From Bacteroidota bacterium (GTDB lineage Bacteria; Bacteroidota; Bacteroidia; Bacteroidales; JAHJDW01), in NCBI GenBank assembly GCA_043800975.1, contig JAZDMK010000301.1, positions 1,309 through 65,308 of the forward strand: 64,000 nt of DNA. The letters are read 5' to 3'. The translations under genes were made by a program, and so were the position numbers. Shown here in pieces: positions 37,889 to 47,431 of the stretch (within the stretch, counting starts at the first letter, position 1; the number at the start of each line of letters is the position of its first letter). The notes under the pieces were generated by a model that worked only from the letters and a program-made list of their open reading frames with translations, was not told the DNA's origin and did no database searches.

Positions 37889-38905
37889 TTATGCAAACAG
37901 ATTTGTCTTTCGGGCTTCAACAAGAAATCTTTCTTTTACAATAGGCATCACACCTACTTCTTCGCAAACCAAACCACCAGCCAGATTGGCAAGTGTAGCC
38001 ATGGTTTTCAAATCGGTTCCGCTGGCAAGGCAAAGAGCAGCAACGGCTGTAACGGTATCGCCGGCACCGGAAACATCAGAAATATTCCGAATATGTGCCG
38101 GAATATGAATGGGCTCTGCATTGGGTTCCTTGTGTGCGTATAGCAGCATTCCCAATTCAGATAAGGTTACCATCGAATTATCATGATTCAGTTTCTTGTG
38201 CAGTTTCTCAGTAAGTGCAATAATTTTTTCTGTATCCTTATTGTGAACTTCAGCATACAGGCCATCGCGCAATTCTTTTAGGTTGGGTTTGAAAAGAGTT
38301 ACATTTTTATACGAATGGAAGTTTCTGCGTTTTGGATCAACAATCGTAGGGATGCCGTTTTTATTGGCAAGGCTCACTACTTTTTCAATCAGTTTTGTTG
38401 AAATGACACCTTTGTCGTAATCTTCAAAGATAATGGCACCAACGGGATCCTTGCTGATAATTGATTTTATGGTAAGGTAAAGGGATGCTGATTCATCTTC
38501 CGAAATTTCGGAATCATCTTCTTCGTCCACACGTATCATATGATGTCCGTTTGATATTACCCGAAACTTTACAGTGGTAATGCGGTTTTCACAGGTTACA
38601 ATCCCTTTGGTGGGGAGCTCACTTTCAATTAACAGATCGAGAAATTCTGTGCCACGGTTATCGGGGCCAATTGCGGTGCATAATATGGGTACTGCACCCA
38701 TCGCTTTGATGTTCATGGCAACATTGGCAGCGCCACCCAGTCTGTCTTCTCTTTTAAGAACTGAAACAACAGGTACGGGTGCCTCAGGTGATATCCGCTC
38801 TGCATGACCCCAAATGTAGGAGTCGATCATCACATCGCCGATAACAAGTACCGGCTTTCCTTCAAACGAGCGAAACAATTCATCCGCATTTTTAAATTTT
38901 GTCAT
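37889..38905 (-). CDS. HldE/RfaE domain I-like sugar kinase (PfkB family)
   Basis: GDVMID, ERISPEAPVPVV, LGGAANVA, DYDKG, DVSGAGDT. Confidence 0.88.
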   Translation of the reverse strand: MTKFKNADELFRSFEGKPVLVIGDVMIDSYIWGHAERISPEAPVPVVSVLKREDRLGGAANVAMNIKAMGAVPILCTAIGPDNRGTEFLDLLIESELPTKGIVTCENRITTVKFRVISNGHHMIRVDEEDDSEISEDESASLYLTIKSIISKDPVGAIIFEDYDKGVISTKLIEKVVSLANKNGIPTIVDPKRRNFHSYKNVTLFKPNLKELRDGLYAEVHNKDTEKIIALTEKLHKKLNHDNSMVTLSELGMLLYAHKEPNAEPIHIPAHIRNISDVSGAGDTVTAVAALCLASGTDLKTMATLANLAGGLVCEEVGVMPIVKERFLVEARKTNLFA

Positions 38906-38908
38906 ATT

Positions 38909-39559
38909 CTATTTTTCAACTTCAATTTTACAATAGGAAATATCAGAAAATAAAATGTTTTTTGATAGCAGGAAAGTCACGTCTGCCACACTTCCCGACT
39001 TTGCATCCACGGCAGTTGTGCTTTTTCCCAGTTCTTTTGATTTCAGGCTATATGCTGTCAATGTTACTCTTCCGCTAAATGAACTTTCGAAACTTAATGC
39101 AAGATCAATGTGTTTTTTTTGTTTATCTGTGGAACTCGATTTGCGAATGCTTTCAATACGGATTCCTTTGCTGATGAAAACTGTTTCAGGCTGAACCTTG
39201 ACATAAACATTGTTGCCATTTTCATCGGTAATGTAACCAAAGGCAGAATTTTTTTCTACGCTGTTTGAATCGCCACATATTGCGTAGGGATTAGGCTGCG
39301 GATCCATAACAGAATTGAAATAGGACTGATTTTTATTCGCTTCTTTTTTGATTTTTTCAGAAAGTTTTAAGGCACCAATGAAAAGAGATACAATAAGTGC
39401 GACTAAACCAACAATAAAAATGGATAGTCCGGTGATGAACATTTTTTGCTTTTTATTGATCAGCCCGATAATGAAGAGAATCAGACCGGCAAGAAAAAAC
39501 AGAATGCCACCAAAACCAAGTGCGAAAAGTTCTCCGGGAGACATGCTCATAAATGACAA
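38909..39559 (-). CDS. Hypothetical membrane protein
   Basis: Two N-terminal TM helices and a soluble C-terminal part. Confidence 0.75.
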   Translation of the reverse strand: MSFMSMSPGELFALGFGGILFFLAGLILFIIGLINKKQKMFITGLSIFIVGLVALIVSLFIGALKLSEKIKKEANKNQSYFNSVMDPQPNPYAICGDSNSVEKNSAFGYITDENGNNVYVKVQPETVFISKGIRIESIRKSSSTDKQKKHIDLALSFESSFSGRVTLTAYSLKSKELGKSTTAVDAKSGSVADVTFLLSKNILFSDISYCKIEVEK

Positions 39560-40756
39560 TTAAACAAGTTTGGCCATAGCGCGTTTGATACGTTCTACAG
39601 CTTGAATAAGAATTGTATCGGATGTAGCATACGAAATGCGAATGCAGTTTTCATCTCCGAAAGGTTCACCTGAAACAAGAGCTACGTATGCTTTGTTCAA
39701 TAGATACTGTGAGAGGTCATTAGGACATTTGATTGTTGTCTCCCCATCGGATTTGCCAAAATAACTGGAAATATCAGCGAAAATGTAGAAAGCGCCTTGT
39801 GGTGTGTTTGTTTTTACACCGGGAATATCTTTCATCATTTGAAGAACCAGATCGCGACGACTCAGAAAAGTTTTAACCATATCGGAAGTAACATCTTTGC
39901 TGAGATGCATGGCTTCAATAGCTGCACGCTGTGCAATTGAGCATGTTCCTGAAGTAAACTGACTCTGTAATTTCTCAACAGCCTGACAGATAAATTTGGG
40001 TGCGCCTATATAACCAATGCGCCAGCCGGTCATCGCATATCCTTTGGATACGCCATTTACCGTGATAACACGATCTCTGATATTTTCAAACTGGGCGATG
40101 CTTTCGTGTTTTCCAACAAAATTGATGTGTTCATAAATTTCATCCGACAGAATATACATCTGAGGATGTTTTGCAACTACATCGGCAATCATTTTTAATT
40201 CTTCTTTTGAATAAACGGAACCTGTAGGATTGCATGGAGAACTAAACATTAAAAGTTTTGTTTTGCTTGTAATAGCAGCTTCCAGTTGCTGCTTGGTAAT
40301 TTTAAAATCACTTTCGATGGTTGTGGGAATATAAATAGCGCGGGCTTCAGCCATTTTAATAATTTCCTTATAAGAAACCCAGTAGGGTGCAGGCACAACA
40401 ACTTCTTCGCCGGGATTCACTAAACACAGAACCGCATTGGCGATGGAGTGCTTCGCACCAGTAGAAACAACGATTTCGTCCCATGCATAATTCAGGTTGT
40501 TTTCTCTTTTAAATTTATCGGAAATTGCTTCCCGCAGATCTTTGTAGCCTGCAACAGGCGTGTAATGCGAAAAATCTTTATCAATGGCAACTTTGGCAGC
40601 TTTCTTTATCGGATCCGGTGTGTTGAAATCAGGTTCGCCAAGGCTTAAGTTGATTACATCGTACCCCAATGCTTTCAGCTCATTGCTTTTTTTCGACATG
40701 GCCAGTGTTTCCGATTCGGAAAGGCTGTTAATTCTGTTTGATAATACTTGCGTCAT
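39560..40756 (-). CDS. aspC: PLP-dependent class I aminotransferase (aspartate aminotransferase-like)
   Basis: GEPDFNTP, SPCNPTGSVY, SDEIYE, SKGYAMTGWRIGY, IRISYA. Confidence 0.9.
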   Translation of the reverse strand: MTQVLSNRINSLSESETLAMSKKSNELKALGYDVINLSLGEPDFNTPDPIKKAAKVAIDKDFSHYTPVAGYKDLREAISDKFKRENNLNYAWDEIVVSTGAKHSIANAVLCLVNPGEEVVVPAPYWVSYKEIIKMAEARAIYIPTTIESDFKITKQQLEAAITSKTKLLMFSSPCNPTGSVYSKEELKMIADVVAKHPQMYILSDEIYEHINFVGKHESIAQFENIRDRVITVNGVSKGYAMTGWRIGYIGAPKFICQAVEKLQSQFTSGTCSIAQRAAIEAMHLSKDVTSDMVKTFLSRRDLVLQMMKDIPGVKTNTPQGAFYIFADISSYFGKSDGETTIKCPNDLSQYLLNKAYVALVSGEPFGDENCIRISYATSDTILIQAVERIKRAMAKLV

Positions 40757-40878
40757 AACAGTGATTTTTGTTTCAGGTTAGGCAGGAACAAATGTAAAAA
40801 ATTTAATATGAAATCAACAAAAATATTTGAATAGACTGTTGATATTTTCCGATATTTGCTGAACTAAACTCAATTAAA

Positions 40879-41400
40879 ATGGAAGATATTCTTGATATTT
40901 GTAAATACATCCTGCCTTCAGTGGTTGTTTTTGTTACTGCTTTCTACCTCTTGAAAACATTTTTGCAGGCAGATCACAAAAAGCGTCTGGTTGAAATACG
41001 TATGGGAAACAATAAAGTGATTACTCCTTTGCGTTTACAGGCATATGAAAGAGTTGTACTGCTTTTAGAAAGAATTTCTCCCGAAAGTATTATTTCCCGT
41101 TCCAATATCTCCGGAAGTACAGCGTCTCAATTGCAGTTGCAGCTTATTTCTGCCATCCGTACTGAGTTTGAACATAATCTTTCGCAACAGGTTTATATGT
41201 CTGATTCAGCATGGGAAATGGTTAAGAATGCAAAAGAAGAAACCATCAAAATGATCAACCTTTCAATGAGTAAACTTTCGGATAGTGCACAGGGAATGGA
41301 TCTATGCAAAATTCTGCTCGAAATGACAACGAAAATGGAGAAACTGCCTACCGTTAATGCACTGGAGTATGTGAAAAGAGAAGTTCGCCAGAATTTCTAA
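40879..41400 (+). CDS. Hypothetical membrane-anchored protein
   Basis: N-terminal TM helix; PLRLQAYER..LLLERISP, EFEHNLSQQVY. Confidence 0.85.
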   Translation: MEDILDICKYILPSVVVFVTAFYLLKTFLQADHKKRLVEIRMGNNKVITPLRLQAYERVVLLLERISPESIISRSNISGSTASQLQLQLISAIRTEFEHNLSQQVYMSDSAWEMVKNAKEETIKMINLSMSKLSDSAQGMDLCKILLEMTTKMEKLPTVNALEYVKREVRQNF

Positions 41401-41401
41401 A

Positions 41402-41578
41402 ATGAAAAAAGTAAAGAAAATAATATCTCTTTCACTTTATCTGAAAATTTTAATTGGAATTTTTATTCTGTCCTTCATGTCAACGCAGATTTCGTGCAGA
41501 TCAAAGAAGAAAGTGGTGCGTTGTTACAGAACTTCTACAAGCCCAGCTTTTCGGATTGAAAAGGATAAGAGTAATTAA
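41402..41578 (+). CDS. Small cationic lipopeptide-like protein, copy 1 (58 aa, below the ORF-track cutoff)
   Basis: MKKVKKIISLSLYLKILIGIFILSFMSTQISCRSKKKVVRCYRTSTSPAFRIEKDKSN*; paralog next door differs at many synonymous sites. Confidence 0.8.
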   Translation: MKKVKKIISLSLYLKILIGIFILSFMSTQISCRSKKKVVRCYRTSTSPAFRIEKDKSN

Positions 41579-41611
41579 GTTACACCAGAATTTCTGATAG
41601 AAAATCAATAC

Positions 41612-41785
41612 ATGAAAAGAGAAAAGAAAAAACTACCCAAACATATTTACCTTAAAATTCTGATTGGAGTTTTTATTCTATCCTTCATGACAACACAGAT
41701 GTCGTGCAAGCATAAGAAGAAGCAAATGCGGTGTTATAAGTTCTCAATTTCTCCTTCATTTCTGATTAAGGATAAAAGTTATTGA
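41612..41785 (+). CDS. Small cationic lipopeptide-like protein, copy 2 (57 aa, below the ORF-track cutoff)
   Basis: MKREKKKLPKHIYLKILIGVFILSFMTTQMSCKHKKKQMRCYKFSISPSFLIKDKSY*; 36 of 57 residues identical to copy 1 by manual alignment. Confidence 0.8.
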   Translation: MKREKKKLPKHIYLKILIGVFILSFMTTQMSCKHKKKQMRCYKFSISPSFLIKDKSY

Positions 41786-41810
41786 GTTATTAGGTTATTC
41801 AGTTAATTGA
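41778..41810 (+). repeat. GTTATTGA-type 8-mer array
   Basis: GTTATTGA GTTATTAG GTTATTCA GTTAATTGA overlapping the stop of the small ORF. Confidence 0.75.
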
Positions 41811-41829
41811 GGAGTGGCCATAAATTCTT

Positions 41830-42444
41830 TTAATAAACTATTTTACACCTTTTGCAAAACCATTCGTAGCATGGACTCCATAATTTATTTGCTTCTTTTT
41901 CACTATAGACCTGATATACTTTTTCAGTTTTGTTTTCAATAATTGAGGTATATCCGTTCTTTTTAAAGTCTCTCCAATATTTTTTTTCATGGCGTTTATT
42001 TTTGAACCATACATCAACAAAAGAGGGAGATATTCCAATAGCCATATCCTTTTTATGGCAAGCAGTACAGAGAGTGTCATATGTTTTGTTAGGGCAATTT
42101 TCAATTAATTCGAAATTTAATTCTGTGATTTTATTTTCAGCAATTGTCAATTTAATTGTGTCGGTTTTGCCTTTGCCGATTGAAGTAGCATAAGTTTTGT
42201 AACATCCGGGAATTAATTTCACAAATTCAAAAAATCCTGTACTATCAGTAACAGTTCCGAAAACCTTAGAATCATTTACTCTTATTATAACAATTATAGA
42301 AAACGGAACAAGTTCTTTTGTTCTTTTTTGAATTACATAGCCATGTATTTCTCCAGTCTGGGAAAAGCCTACTTCAATTGAAAATATAGTTGCAAGAACA
42401 ATTGATGCGAGGAATAGCTTTATGAATCTGGTGAATGTCATCAT
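41830..42444 (-). CDS. Exported protein with carboxypeptidase-regulatory-like domain and Cys-rich C-terminus
   Basis: QTGEIHGYVI...GTVTDSTGFF...PGCYK; CTACH and WFCKRC motifs. Confidence 0.75.
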   Translation of the reverse strand: MMTFTRFIKLFLASIVLATIFSIEVGFSQTGEIHGYVIQKRTKELVPFSIIVIIRVNDSKVFGTVTDSTGFFEFVKLIPGCYKTYATSIGKGKTDTIKLTIAENKITELNFELIENCPNKTYDTLCTACHKKDMAIGISPSFVDVWFKNKRHEKKYWRDFKKNGYTSIIENKTEKVYQVYSEKEANKLWSPCYEWFCKRCKIVY

Positions 42445-42484
42445 GAAATTATGATGAAAAATTATCGAATTTCCATAAAAAACA

Positions 42485-42519
42485 AAAAATCGTAAATCGG
42501 CAATCGTAAATCGAAAATC
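42485..42519 (-). repeat. GATTTAC-type heptamer array behind the L,D-transpeptidase stop
   Basis: Minus strand GATTTTC GATTTAC GATTGCC GATTTAC GATTTTT. Confidence 0.75.
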
Positions 42520-42521
42520 AT

Positions 42522-44555
42522 TCAGATTCCTTTCTGCGTACTCAGCAAATCCTTATCCTTCTTCATCCAGTTTTTCTCAACAGATAATTTTCTGCGAAGG
42601 GAATAGTTGTTCAATGCACGTAAAATAGCTTTGTCCTTGTCGTAATGGTCATCCCTGTACTGCATGGTTCCATCTTCATCTACCCAGCATGTGATATAAT
42701 CCACATAAACCATGATTTGTTTTTTTAACAAATGAGAGGAAGGTGATTTTTTGAAGCCAGGCTTCGCCATTGTTTCCTGGTGTTTTTTCCACTGTTTTAA
42801 TTTTTCCTGAAGTTTGTATTTTAATTCTTTTTTTCCTTCAGGTTTCATACCGACCAGAATTCGAACGTCATCAATATCCATTGACATTTTTCCATATTTC
42901 AAAACAAATTCACCCAGTTCGAGGGGTTCTTCCACACGCATGCATCCATGACTAACCGCGCGGTAATTGCTGCGGAAAGGTGCGCGCTTGGGTGTGTCGT
43001 GAAGATAAATACTGAAAGGATTTCTGAAAATGAATTTAATTTTACCCAATGCATTGAATGCGCCGGGCTCCTGAGAAAAGCGGAAAGGCATATGCGTGGG
43101 TGAATATTTTTTCCAGTTTACTTTTGAAGGATCCACCAATGAATCTTTCAGATATACTTTAAATCCTTGTTTTTTCAGGTAAAGTGAATCTTTCCAGATA
43201 TCAAAAATCATTTCTTTTTCTGCAATATTTTTGGGAACATCCCAGGTGGGATTCAAAACAAGATACATGATTGGGCCCGTCATGGTTGGTGTTTCCAGAT
43301 TTTTGGGTTCATCCATTTTGCGCCGGGTCTTTAACCATTTTTTAAACTTTTCTTCATACCCCCATTCTCTTTTTTTACCGCAACAAATATTGATTTTATT
43401 CACTACCGTATCGGCAATATAGGTTTGCAATTGAAATGCAGCTAAGTTTACTTTGATGCAGGGCTCTGCGGTTGGTGCACAAAACCAGCGCAACCTTTCC
43501 ATGTTGACTTTGATTTTGTCTATTCTTTTTGCAACAGAAATATTTAAATTTTTGCGCGTTACTTCATTTAATTTTCCATCGACAACCAGGTTGTTGTTTT
43601 CCTGAAAGCGGCTGATTGCATCGATAATTGTAATGTCAAATTCACGAAAAACTTTTTTACTATAGGCTAATGGATCCAGCGCACGCGTAATCATTAGTTT
43701 CTGTGCAATCAAATGAACAAGTTTGGAAGTATCACCTTCTTTTAAATTTTCTGCACGCTGTGGAATACTGGTTGTATCTGATTTCTTTTCAAGCTCCATC
43801 ATTCTTTTTAATTCTTTTTTCAGACGAAGATAAGGCAATGCCTTAGGCTGAATGCTGTTGATGTACGCCAGAATATCTTTTTCAAAAAGCGGTGTGAAAA
43901 CTTCGCCGGGTAGTGGAATTTTATTGGGAAGACTGTATCCGTCAGGATCAATATCTTTGGGGTTAATAACGCCGTATTTCAAATCGTGGCAATAGTTCAC
44001 AACACCATTGCTGATCATTAATTCAATGTTTGCAAGCACTGAATAATTAATTTCTTTTTCCAGTTTTGATTTATTCAAATAATCGTGGATGTATGCTGAA
44101 ATAAAAGGCTGGTCATAGTAGTTTGGAGATAGTCCGTCCTCATCCGATTTTTTTAAAAAACCGATTATGCTGTCAACCTTTGAACTCAATGGAAGTGTAT
44201 TGGTCCAGAAAGGAGCATAATTTCTTTTCTGATAAAAAATAGCCAGCGAATCAAAGTGTTCAAAGTGATCATGACAGATACGGAATGTGTCCTTTTCTTT
44301 ATTAAACCTTGCTTTCAATACATCGTTATATTTTGCCGAATCAAATCCGGGCACAGCTGAATAGGGATTATCTTTTTTCACTTTATCACCGCATCCGCTG
44401 ATAACGGCCATCATTATGATAATAGAAATAATCCCGGAAAATGAAATCAGGAATTTTAGTTTTTGTTTTGAAAATAATGTAGTGCGCATATTGTTGTGTT
44501 GTATCATTAATTTTATGAGGAAATTATTTTTTCTTGGCTGAATAAATACTGGCAT
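42522..44555 (-). CDS. L,D-transpeptidase (YcbB/LdtD-like) lipoprotein
   Basis: VNMERLRW, NPTWDVP, NALGKIKFIF.N..SIYLHDTP, RAVSHGCMRV; true start possibly 44489; lipobox ISGC. Confidence 0.92.
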   Translation of the reverse strand: MPVFIQPRKNNFLIKLMIQHNNMRTTLFSKQKLKFLISFSGIISIIIMMAVISGCGDKVKKDNPYSAVPGFDSAKYNDVLKARFNKEKDTFRICHDHFEHFDSLAIFYQKRNYAPFWTNTLPLSSKVDSIIGFLKKSDEDGLSPNYYDQPFISAYIHDYLNKSKLEKEINYSVLANIELMISNGVVNYCHDLKYGVINPKDIDPDGYSLPNKIPLPGEVFTPLFEKDILAYINSIQPKALPYLRLKKELKRMMELEKKSDTTSIPQRAENLKEGDTSKLVHLIAQKLMITRALDPLAYSKKVFREFDITIIDAISRFQENNNLVVDGKLNEVTRKNLNISVAKRIDKIKVNMERLRWFCAPTAEPCIKVNLAAFQLQTYIADTVVNKINICCGKKREWGYEEKFKKWLKTRRKMDEPKNLETPTMTGPIMYLVLNPTWDVPKNIAEKEMIFDIWKDSLYLKKQGFKVYLKDSLVDPSKVNWKKYSPTHMPFRFSQEPGAFNALGKIKFIFRNPFSIYLHDTPKRAPFRSNYRAVSHGCMRVEEPLELGEFVLKYGKMSMDIDDVRILVGMKPEGKKELKYKLQEKLKQWKKHQETMAKPGFKKSPSSHLLKKQIMVYVDYITCWVDEDGTMQYRDDHYDKDKAILRALNNYSLRRKLSVEKNWMKKDKDLLSTQKGI

Positions 44556-45450
44556 TAAGTTCGAATCCGATCAGTAAAACAAGTGCATTGATATACATCC
44601 AGAGGAGAATAATAATCAATGTTCCGATAGACCCGTACAAGGCATTATAGGTTGCAAAACGACTTACATAGTAATTAAACCCGGCACTGGTGGCAAGTGA
44701 TAAAATAGTTGCCAGCGTAGCACCAGCGGAAATAAATTTCCAACGCACTTTCCCGGAAGGACCGAAAAAATACAGGAACGCAATTCCGAGGTAAGAAAAT
44801 ATGACAATCAATAGCCACTTAGCTGTAGTTAACGAAGTGCCGGCAAAACCGCCTCTGTGATAACCCGAATGTACCAGTCGTTTCAGAATAACTTCAAAAT
44901 AGGCAAGCAACGAAATGCAACCAATGACAAGTATGGCCTGAATAAGCACCAGGAGTAAAGAATACATCCTTCTTTTAAAATTGCTGCCTCTTCCGATTTC
45001 GTGATAAGTAGCATCAAAGGCTCTGATTAAAGAAATAATTCCGTTGGATGCAAAAACAAATGCAAGCACGAAACCCAGCGACAGCAAGCCGCCCCGGCCC
45101 CGCGTGAGGATATCATTGAAAACACCTTTCGATGCTTCAAAAGTTTTTTCAGGCATTATATCGGCCAGCATACCCATCAGTTCTTTCTGAAAGCCATGTA
45201 TTGGGATGTAAGGAATCAGCGTAAACAAAAAGATAATGGCAGGAAAAATTGCAAGGAAAAAATTAAATGCAACAGCGGAAGCCCGCATCGACAAAGAGGA
45301 ATTCTGAACACCGTTAAAGAAAAATTTTCCAACATCATACAAGGGTGCTTTTCCAAATCCCGGCAAAATGATACGCTGGGTAAGTATTCTTAACCTGCCA
45401 ACCAAAGAGCTTTCGTGAACGCGATCCTTCAGATTTAACTTTTTCATCAA
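44524..45450 (-). CDS. YihY/BrkB family membrane protein
   Basis: RASAVAFNFFLAIFP, YNALYGSIGTLII.LLW.Y, GFELNAS. Confidence 0.92.
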   Translation of the reverse strand: MMKKLNLKDRVHESSLVGRLRILTQRIILPGFGKAPLYDVGKFFFNGVQNSSLSMRASAVAFNFFLAIFPAIIFLFTLIPYIPIHGFQKELMGMLADIMPEKTFEASKGVFNDILTRGRGGLLSLGFVLAFVFASNGIISLIRAFDATYHEIGRGSNFKRRMYSLLLVLIQAILVIGCISLLAYFEVILKRLVHSGYHRGGFAGTSLTTAKWLLIVIFSYLGIAFLYFFGPSGKVRWKFISAGATLATILSLATSAGFNYYVSRFATYNALYGSIGTLIIILLWMYINALVLLIGFELNASIYSAKKK

Positions 45451-46280
45451 TACGCTTTCAGGCTAAGGTCAAGACTTTTGATCTGGTGGGTGAGGGCGCC
45501 CATGGAAATAAAATCGACACCGGTTTGTGCCACATCATGCAGATTACTTTTGGTAATCCCTCCGGAAGCTTCTGTTTCTGATTTTCCGTCAATGATTGTA
45601 ACCGCTTTTCGCAATGTATCATTGTCAAAATTGTCGAGAAGAATTCTGTGCACGCCACCAACAGCAATAATTTCCTTCACTTCATCCAGATTGCGTGCTT
45701 CTACTTCAATTTTTAAATTCAGATTTTTTTCCTGCAGATAAGCTTGTGTGGCATGAACTGCTTTTGTAATTCCGCCGGCAAAATCAGCATGGTTGTCCTT
45801 GATCATTACCATATCATACAATCCGAAACGATGATTCATTCCGCCGCCAATCAGCACAGCCCATTTTTCCATAACGCGGGAATTGGGTGTGGTCTTTCGA
45901 GTGTCAAGCAGGCGGGCTTTGGTTCCTTTCAATAAATCAGAACAAACTCTTGTGTAAGTAGCAATGCCACTCATGCGCTGCATGCAGTTCAAAACAGTGC
46001 GTTCGGTTGTAAGTATCGAACGGGATTTTCCTTCAACCGTAAAAACAATGTCTTTTGGTTTGATCGGACTTCCATCGGGAATTTCAAGACTGAATTTTAA
46101 TTCAGGATCATATCGATTGAAAATCATTTCTGCCATTTTAACACCAGCAATGATTCCATTGTCTTTCACGAGTAAACGCGCGCGGCCTGTTGCATGGGCA
46201 GGAACGCATGAAAGCGTTGTGTGATCGCCGGAACCGATATCTTCTGCTAAAGCCTGATCTATAAAATTTTCAATCTTCAT
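45447..46280 (-). CDS. nadC: Nicotinate-nucleotide diphosphorylase (carboxylating)
   Basis: EDIGSGDHT, LDTRKTTP, NHRFGLYD..MIKDNH, LLDNF, EASGGI. Confidence 0.97.
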   Translation of the reverse strand: MKIENFIDQALAEDIGSGDHTTLSCVPAHATGRARLLVKDNGIIAGVKMAEMIFNRYDPELKFSLEIPDGSPIKPKDIVFTVEGKSRSILTTERTVLNCMQRMSGIATYTRVCSDLLKGTKARLLDTRKTTPNSRVMEKWAVLIGGGMNHRFGLYDMVMIKDNHADFAGGITKAVHATQAYLQEKNLNLKIEVEARNLDEVKEIIAVGGVHRILLDNFDNDTLRKAVTIIDGKSETEASGGITKSNLHDVAQTGVDFISMGALTHQIKSLDLSLKAY

Positions 46281-46287
46281 GGATTCG

Positions 46288-46698
46288 TTAAGGTTTATCC
46301 TGTTCAATGCGCAGCTGGAACATCAGCAGGCGGTCGGCATTTTTTTTTAGTAAAAAATAAGTTCTGTAAATTCCTTTGGAAGTGCTGAGCAGCCCGATAG
46401 AATATTGCGATCCGTCGCGTGCACTGCCTTGATGCTTGATAACAAAATCTTTCGGAATGTATTGTTTGAAGAAAGTTTTAAGAATCATTTCCGATTGCTT
46501 GCTGCTGTATATATTTTCGTAGCCGGGAATGGAAAGATCGATGTTGGCATTGAAATGCTTTGCCATCAGTCCGGCATCACCGGTTTTCAAACCCTTAACA
46601 ATATCTTCTATCACACCTTGAGGCGCAGCATGTGCAAACTGCAGCGAAACAGCAGCTGTGAAAATCAGCGCAAATACCAAACGCAGCTTATGTTTCAT
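46288..46698 (-). CDS. DUF4783-like exported protein
   Basis: Signal peptide; YSSKQSEMILKTFF, F.IKHQG, Y.IG.L.T..G.YR; sits upstream of nadC. Confidence 0.75.
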   Translation of the reverse strand: MKHKLRLVFALIFTAAVSLQFAHAAPQGVIEDIVKGLKTGDAGLMAKHFNANIDLSIPGYENIYSSKQSEMILKTFFKQYIPKDFVIKHQGSARDGSQYSIGLLSTSKGIYRTYFLLKKNADRLLMFQLRIEQDKP

Positions 46699-46802
46699 AA
46701 AGATGAATTTTGAAAAAGTGAGGATTCCATAAAACCAGTGCAAAAATAGGAAAAAACACTGTACTTTTATCCGCCTGTTTTAAATAGTAAAACCGCACAA
46801 AA

Positions 46803-47276
46803 ATGTTAATAAAGCTAATCCTTCACGGAAAGACAGACAATGCATCTCTGCAGCTATGCATGGACGACTATATAAAACGCCTGCAGCGTTACGGAACCTT
46901 CTCTGTGAAGGTGATTCCCGATGATAAGTCTCTTGTGAAAGCACCCGTACCTGTCAGAATGAAAAAGGAGGGAGAGGAGCTGATGAAAAACATTGACCAG
47001 AAGGATGTGGTGGTTTTGCTCGATGAAAAAGGAAAACAGTTTACTTCGGTTGCCTTTGCCTCTTTTATTGAAGCCCGTGTGAATGCTTCTGTGAAAAATC
47101 TTGTTTTTGTAGTGGGCGGACCCTATGGCTTTACAGAAGAAGTGTACAAACGTGCCGATTTTAAAATTTCTTTATCCGACATGACCTTTTCGCATCAGAT
47201 CGTACGCCTGCTTTTCCTGGAACAATTGTACCGGGCGTTTACGATTATCCGGGGGGAACCTTACCATCATTCATAG
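46803..47276 (+). CDS. rlmH: 23S rRNA pseudouridine-1915 N3-methyltransferase
   Basis: LLDEKGKQFTS, FVVGGPYGF, SLSDMTFSHQIVRLLFLEQLYRAFTI..GEPYHH. Confidence 0.97.
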   Translation: MLIKLILHGKTDNASLQLCMDDYIKRLQRYGTFSVKVIPDDKSLVKAPVPVRMKKEGEELMKNIDQKDVVVLLDEKGKQFTSVAFASFIEARVNASVKNLVFVVGGPYGFTEEVYKRADFKISLSDMTFSHQIVRLLFLEQLYRAFTIIRGEPYHHS

Positions 47277-47288
47277 AATCAGAAGACG

Positions 47289-47391
47289 GTAATAGTAATA
47301 AGTATTCAGTAAGCAGTAATCAGAGAATTGGAAATTTTGCGTCTTAGCGACTTGGCGAGAAATATTTCACGCAGAGACACAAAGTCGCAAA
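47289..47391. repeat. Heptamer array plus imperfect 56-bp palindrome between convergent genes
   Basis: GTAATAA GTATTCA GTAAGCA GTAATCA (47295-47322); arms 47336-47363 and 47364-47391 are about 21/28 complementary. Confidence 0.7.
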
Positions 47392-47431
47392 GATTTATCG
47401 GTTATGTTTAACTGTAGTGTGTTTAAAAAAG

